From the IMG/VR virus record IMGVR_UViG_3300020598_000119: a stretch of 64,000 nucleotides of DNA. One strand, written 5' to 3'. This stretch comes from a virus. Lineage: Duplodnaviria > Caudoviricetes. This document shows, piece after piece, positions 62,246 to 64,000 of the stretch. Positions within the stretch are counted from its first letter, which is position 1. Each line of letters starts with the position of its first letter. Under the pieces are notes generated by a model, which saw nothing but the letters and a program-made list of their open reading frames with translations, ran no database searches and was not told where the DNA came from. The translations under genes and the position numbers were made by a program.

Positions 62246-62755
62246 ATGGAGCCAGAAAACGCGTCTAGCCATGAGGAGGAGATGCTGAAGCTTGCTCTGT
62301 GTGGAAAGACCTGGAACGGCAAAGCCCTTCACAATCCGCTCGAACTACTCAGAAAGCACGCCAATCGGACCTTTAAAATGCGGCACAGGTTCAATGTTTC
62401 CTCAGAAAGTGGATACGTCTGGATCAGCCCAAAAGAGCCGGATGAAGAAGGGATTATCGCCATCTATGAAAAGGGATCTAGAGCATTTGTCGGTGGCATC
62501 AGCAAGAATTGGATCGCTGTTGACGAAGCGCACCACGGAGCTGGCCTCGGAGCCGAATTATTCATTCGAGCGTTCGACGCGATGATCAAACATCCAGATA
62601 CCATGAACGTAGGGCACAAGCTGACAAAAGCGGGTCGTGCATGCCTTATGAAGGCTCACAAGATCGCGATACAACGCGCTATCGACAGCGGCCTCGAAGT
62701 ACCAGGCGAAGTCCTCGTAGATTACCCAGAATTCACCGTTAGCCCATCAATTTGA
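62246..62755 (+). CDS. GNAT-like acetyltransferase fold protein
   Basis: IAVDEAHHGAGLGAEL resembles acetyl-CoA motif A; LT.AG follows. Confidence 0.6.
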   Translation: MEPENASSHEEEMLKLALCGKTWNGKALHNPLELLRKHANRTFKMRHRFNVSSESGYVWISPKEPDEEGIIAIYEKGSRAFVGGISKNWIAVDEAHHGAGLGAELFIRAFDAMIKHPDTMNVGHKLTKAGRACLMKAHKIAIQRAIDSGLEVPGEVLVDYPEFTVSPSI

Positions 62756-64000
62756 CTCGCGGTCTGGACGCGGAGTCGGAACGGGTATGTTCTCCAAGGT
62801 GATGTTTTCGGCTTCCATGGCCGCCTGTTCAACCACAGGTGCGATTGCAGCCTTTGCAATCTTAGTGTTCTCGTAAAGGACTGGAGCAGGCAGGTGGGAC
62901 ACTATGAGGTTCCAAGGGCCTATCGAACCAAGACCACGGCCAAGCTTCGAAAATTCCGGCTGTATCGCTATTGCGCCGTGCATCAGATGAGCAACTGGGG
63001 CACCGCTCTTTATCTGAGCGAAAGCGGCGTTCGAGGTGACTACGTTGCCAGACATGCCCATGAATATGAAGGCACTAGCCATGACTGAGAAACCGAGGGC
63101 GTGGCGAACACCAGTGTTTATGAACTGAAGCTTCGTCCGGCCAGCCAAAATCTGTATGAGATAGGTCGAGAACTTATATATGTGCAACATCGCGCCAGCT
63201 ATCGAAAGCAGGATTGCCATCACCGGAACTTGGATCATTTTCACTGCATTGGTCCCGAGCTTCTCGAACTCGTTGCCATTCGCGAACTGCGTGGCAGGGG
63301 CATCAAACGCACGAGCAAAAATGTCGGCATTACTGGAAGCAAGCGGCTCATAGACCAGCTTTGAAAAATCTGCATCGGACATCGTATCGCCCAGAGGGAT
63401 GGATGACTTCGGAAGCTTGAACACCGAGCGAAGCTTGTTGTGAACGGCGGGATGGCTGAAGAATTCCTCAAACCCGAGGTCGGGGTCTATGACAGAACCA
63501 AACTGTTCTCGTATGCCCTTATCAAAAGATGCCCTAACTTCGACCTTGTACTTCTTGCCGAATTCATGGGCGAACACATCGCGATCAAGCGGGTTCTGCT
63601 TGTTCGTAAAGTGCAGGCCGTGTTTGCGGAATTCAGTACGAGCAACCTCAGCCTTCTTTTCCTTGTCATACCAGTACCACAAGCCATTCGCCTTCTTCCG
63701 AGCAGCGTCTTCGAACTTGCTTACGGCCCTGTTGGCTTCGCGGTTCAATTCCTGAAGAGCTTCGTGATACTTGCCAACAGCAACTTGGTACTGAGCATAT
63801 ATCTCTTTAGATACGGTGCGGCTCTCAGTGGAGAATTGCTTGCGGCCGTCCTCTAGGCTGCCAAGCGCACGATAAGCTTCCTCACGTATCATGTCCTTAC
63901 GAGCGACGTTCGACATTTCAAACAGCTCGTCAGCGGATGCTCCAAGCGAAGGTATTGCAGACACAAACGTAAGCCAGTCACTAGTGTCGGTCATAGCGAT
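62747..64000 (-). CDS. membrane-associated hypothetical protein, probably 5'-truncated
   Basis: The frame is open to the window edge; two hydrophobic segments; ends PVPTPRP. Confidence 0.7.
   Translation of the reverse strand: MAMTDTSDWLTFVSAIPSLGASADELFEMSNVARKDMIREEAYRALGSLEDGRKQFSTESRTVSKEIYAQYQVAVGKYHEALQELNREANRAVSKFEDAARKKANGLWYWYDKEKKAEVARTEFRKHGLHFTNKQNPLDRDVFAHEFGKKYKVEVRASFDKGIREQFGSVIDPDLGFEEFFSHPAVHNKLRSVFKLPKSSIPLGDTMSDADFSKLVYEPLASSNADIFARAFDAPATQFANGNEFEKLGTNAVKMIQVPVMAILLSIAGAMLHIYKFSTYLIQILAGRTKLQFINTGVRHALGFSVMASAFIFMGMSGNVVTSNAAFAQIKSGAPVAHLMHGAIAIQPEFSKLGRGLGSIGPWNLIVSHLPAPVLYENTKIAKAAIAPVVEQAAMEAENITLENIPVPTPRPDRESN

Overview
This 64 kb window is gene-dense, with short gene blocks on both strands. 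It appears to come from a very large Rhizobiaceae-associated extrachromosomal element (megaplasmid or jumbo phage). No capsid, tail, integrase, rep or tra gene is visible, so the replicon type cannot be settled from this window. It carries its own divergent copies of host-type functions: DNA metabolism (gyrA, gyrB, recA, RecD2, UvrD, mutL, rnhA, an orphan C5 methyltransferase), nucleotide supply (nrdHIEF, thyA-folA-dut, thioredoxin), a sigma70/RpoH-like factor and envelope enzymes (SLT, lysozyme-extensin fusion, PBP1A, bactofilin, two DsbA, IalB-like, LdtR-like MarR). It also carries an unusually complete tRNA replacement and repair set: 8 tRNA genes in two clusters, RtcB, an ADP-ribosylglycohydrolase, a Thg1-like polymerase and a kinase-phosphatase-RNA ligase fusion. 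The main finding concerns the six-tRNA array (Trp-CCA, Thr-CGT, Thr-TGT, Cys-GCA, Arg-TCT, Arg-CCT). It is preceded by a promoter, a 24-codon leader ORF (14559-14633) and an intrinsic terminator. The leader contains nine consecutive codons read by tRNAs of that array, and all six tRNAs are represented in it. This looks like a ribosome-stalling attenuator that switches on back-up tRNAs when those same tRNAs fail. A second leader-plus-terminator with AAA codons sits upstream of the two tRNA-Lys genes. All calls come from manual motif reading; no database search or folding program was run.
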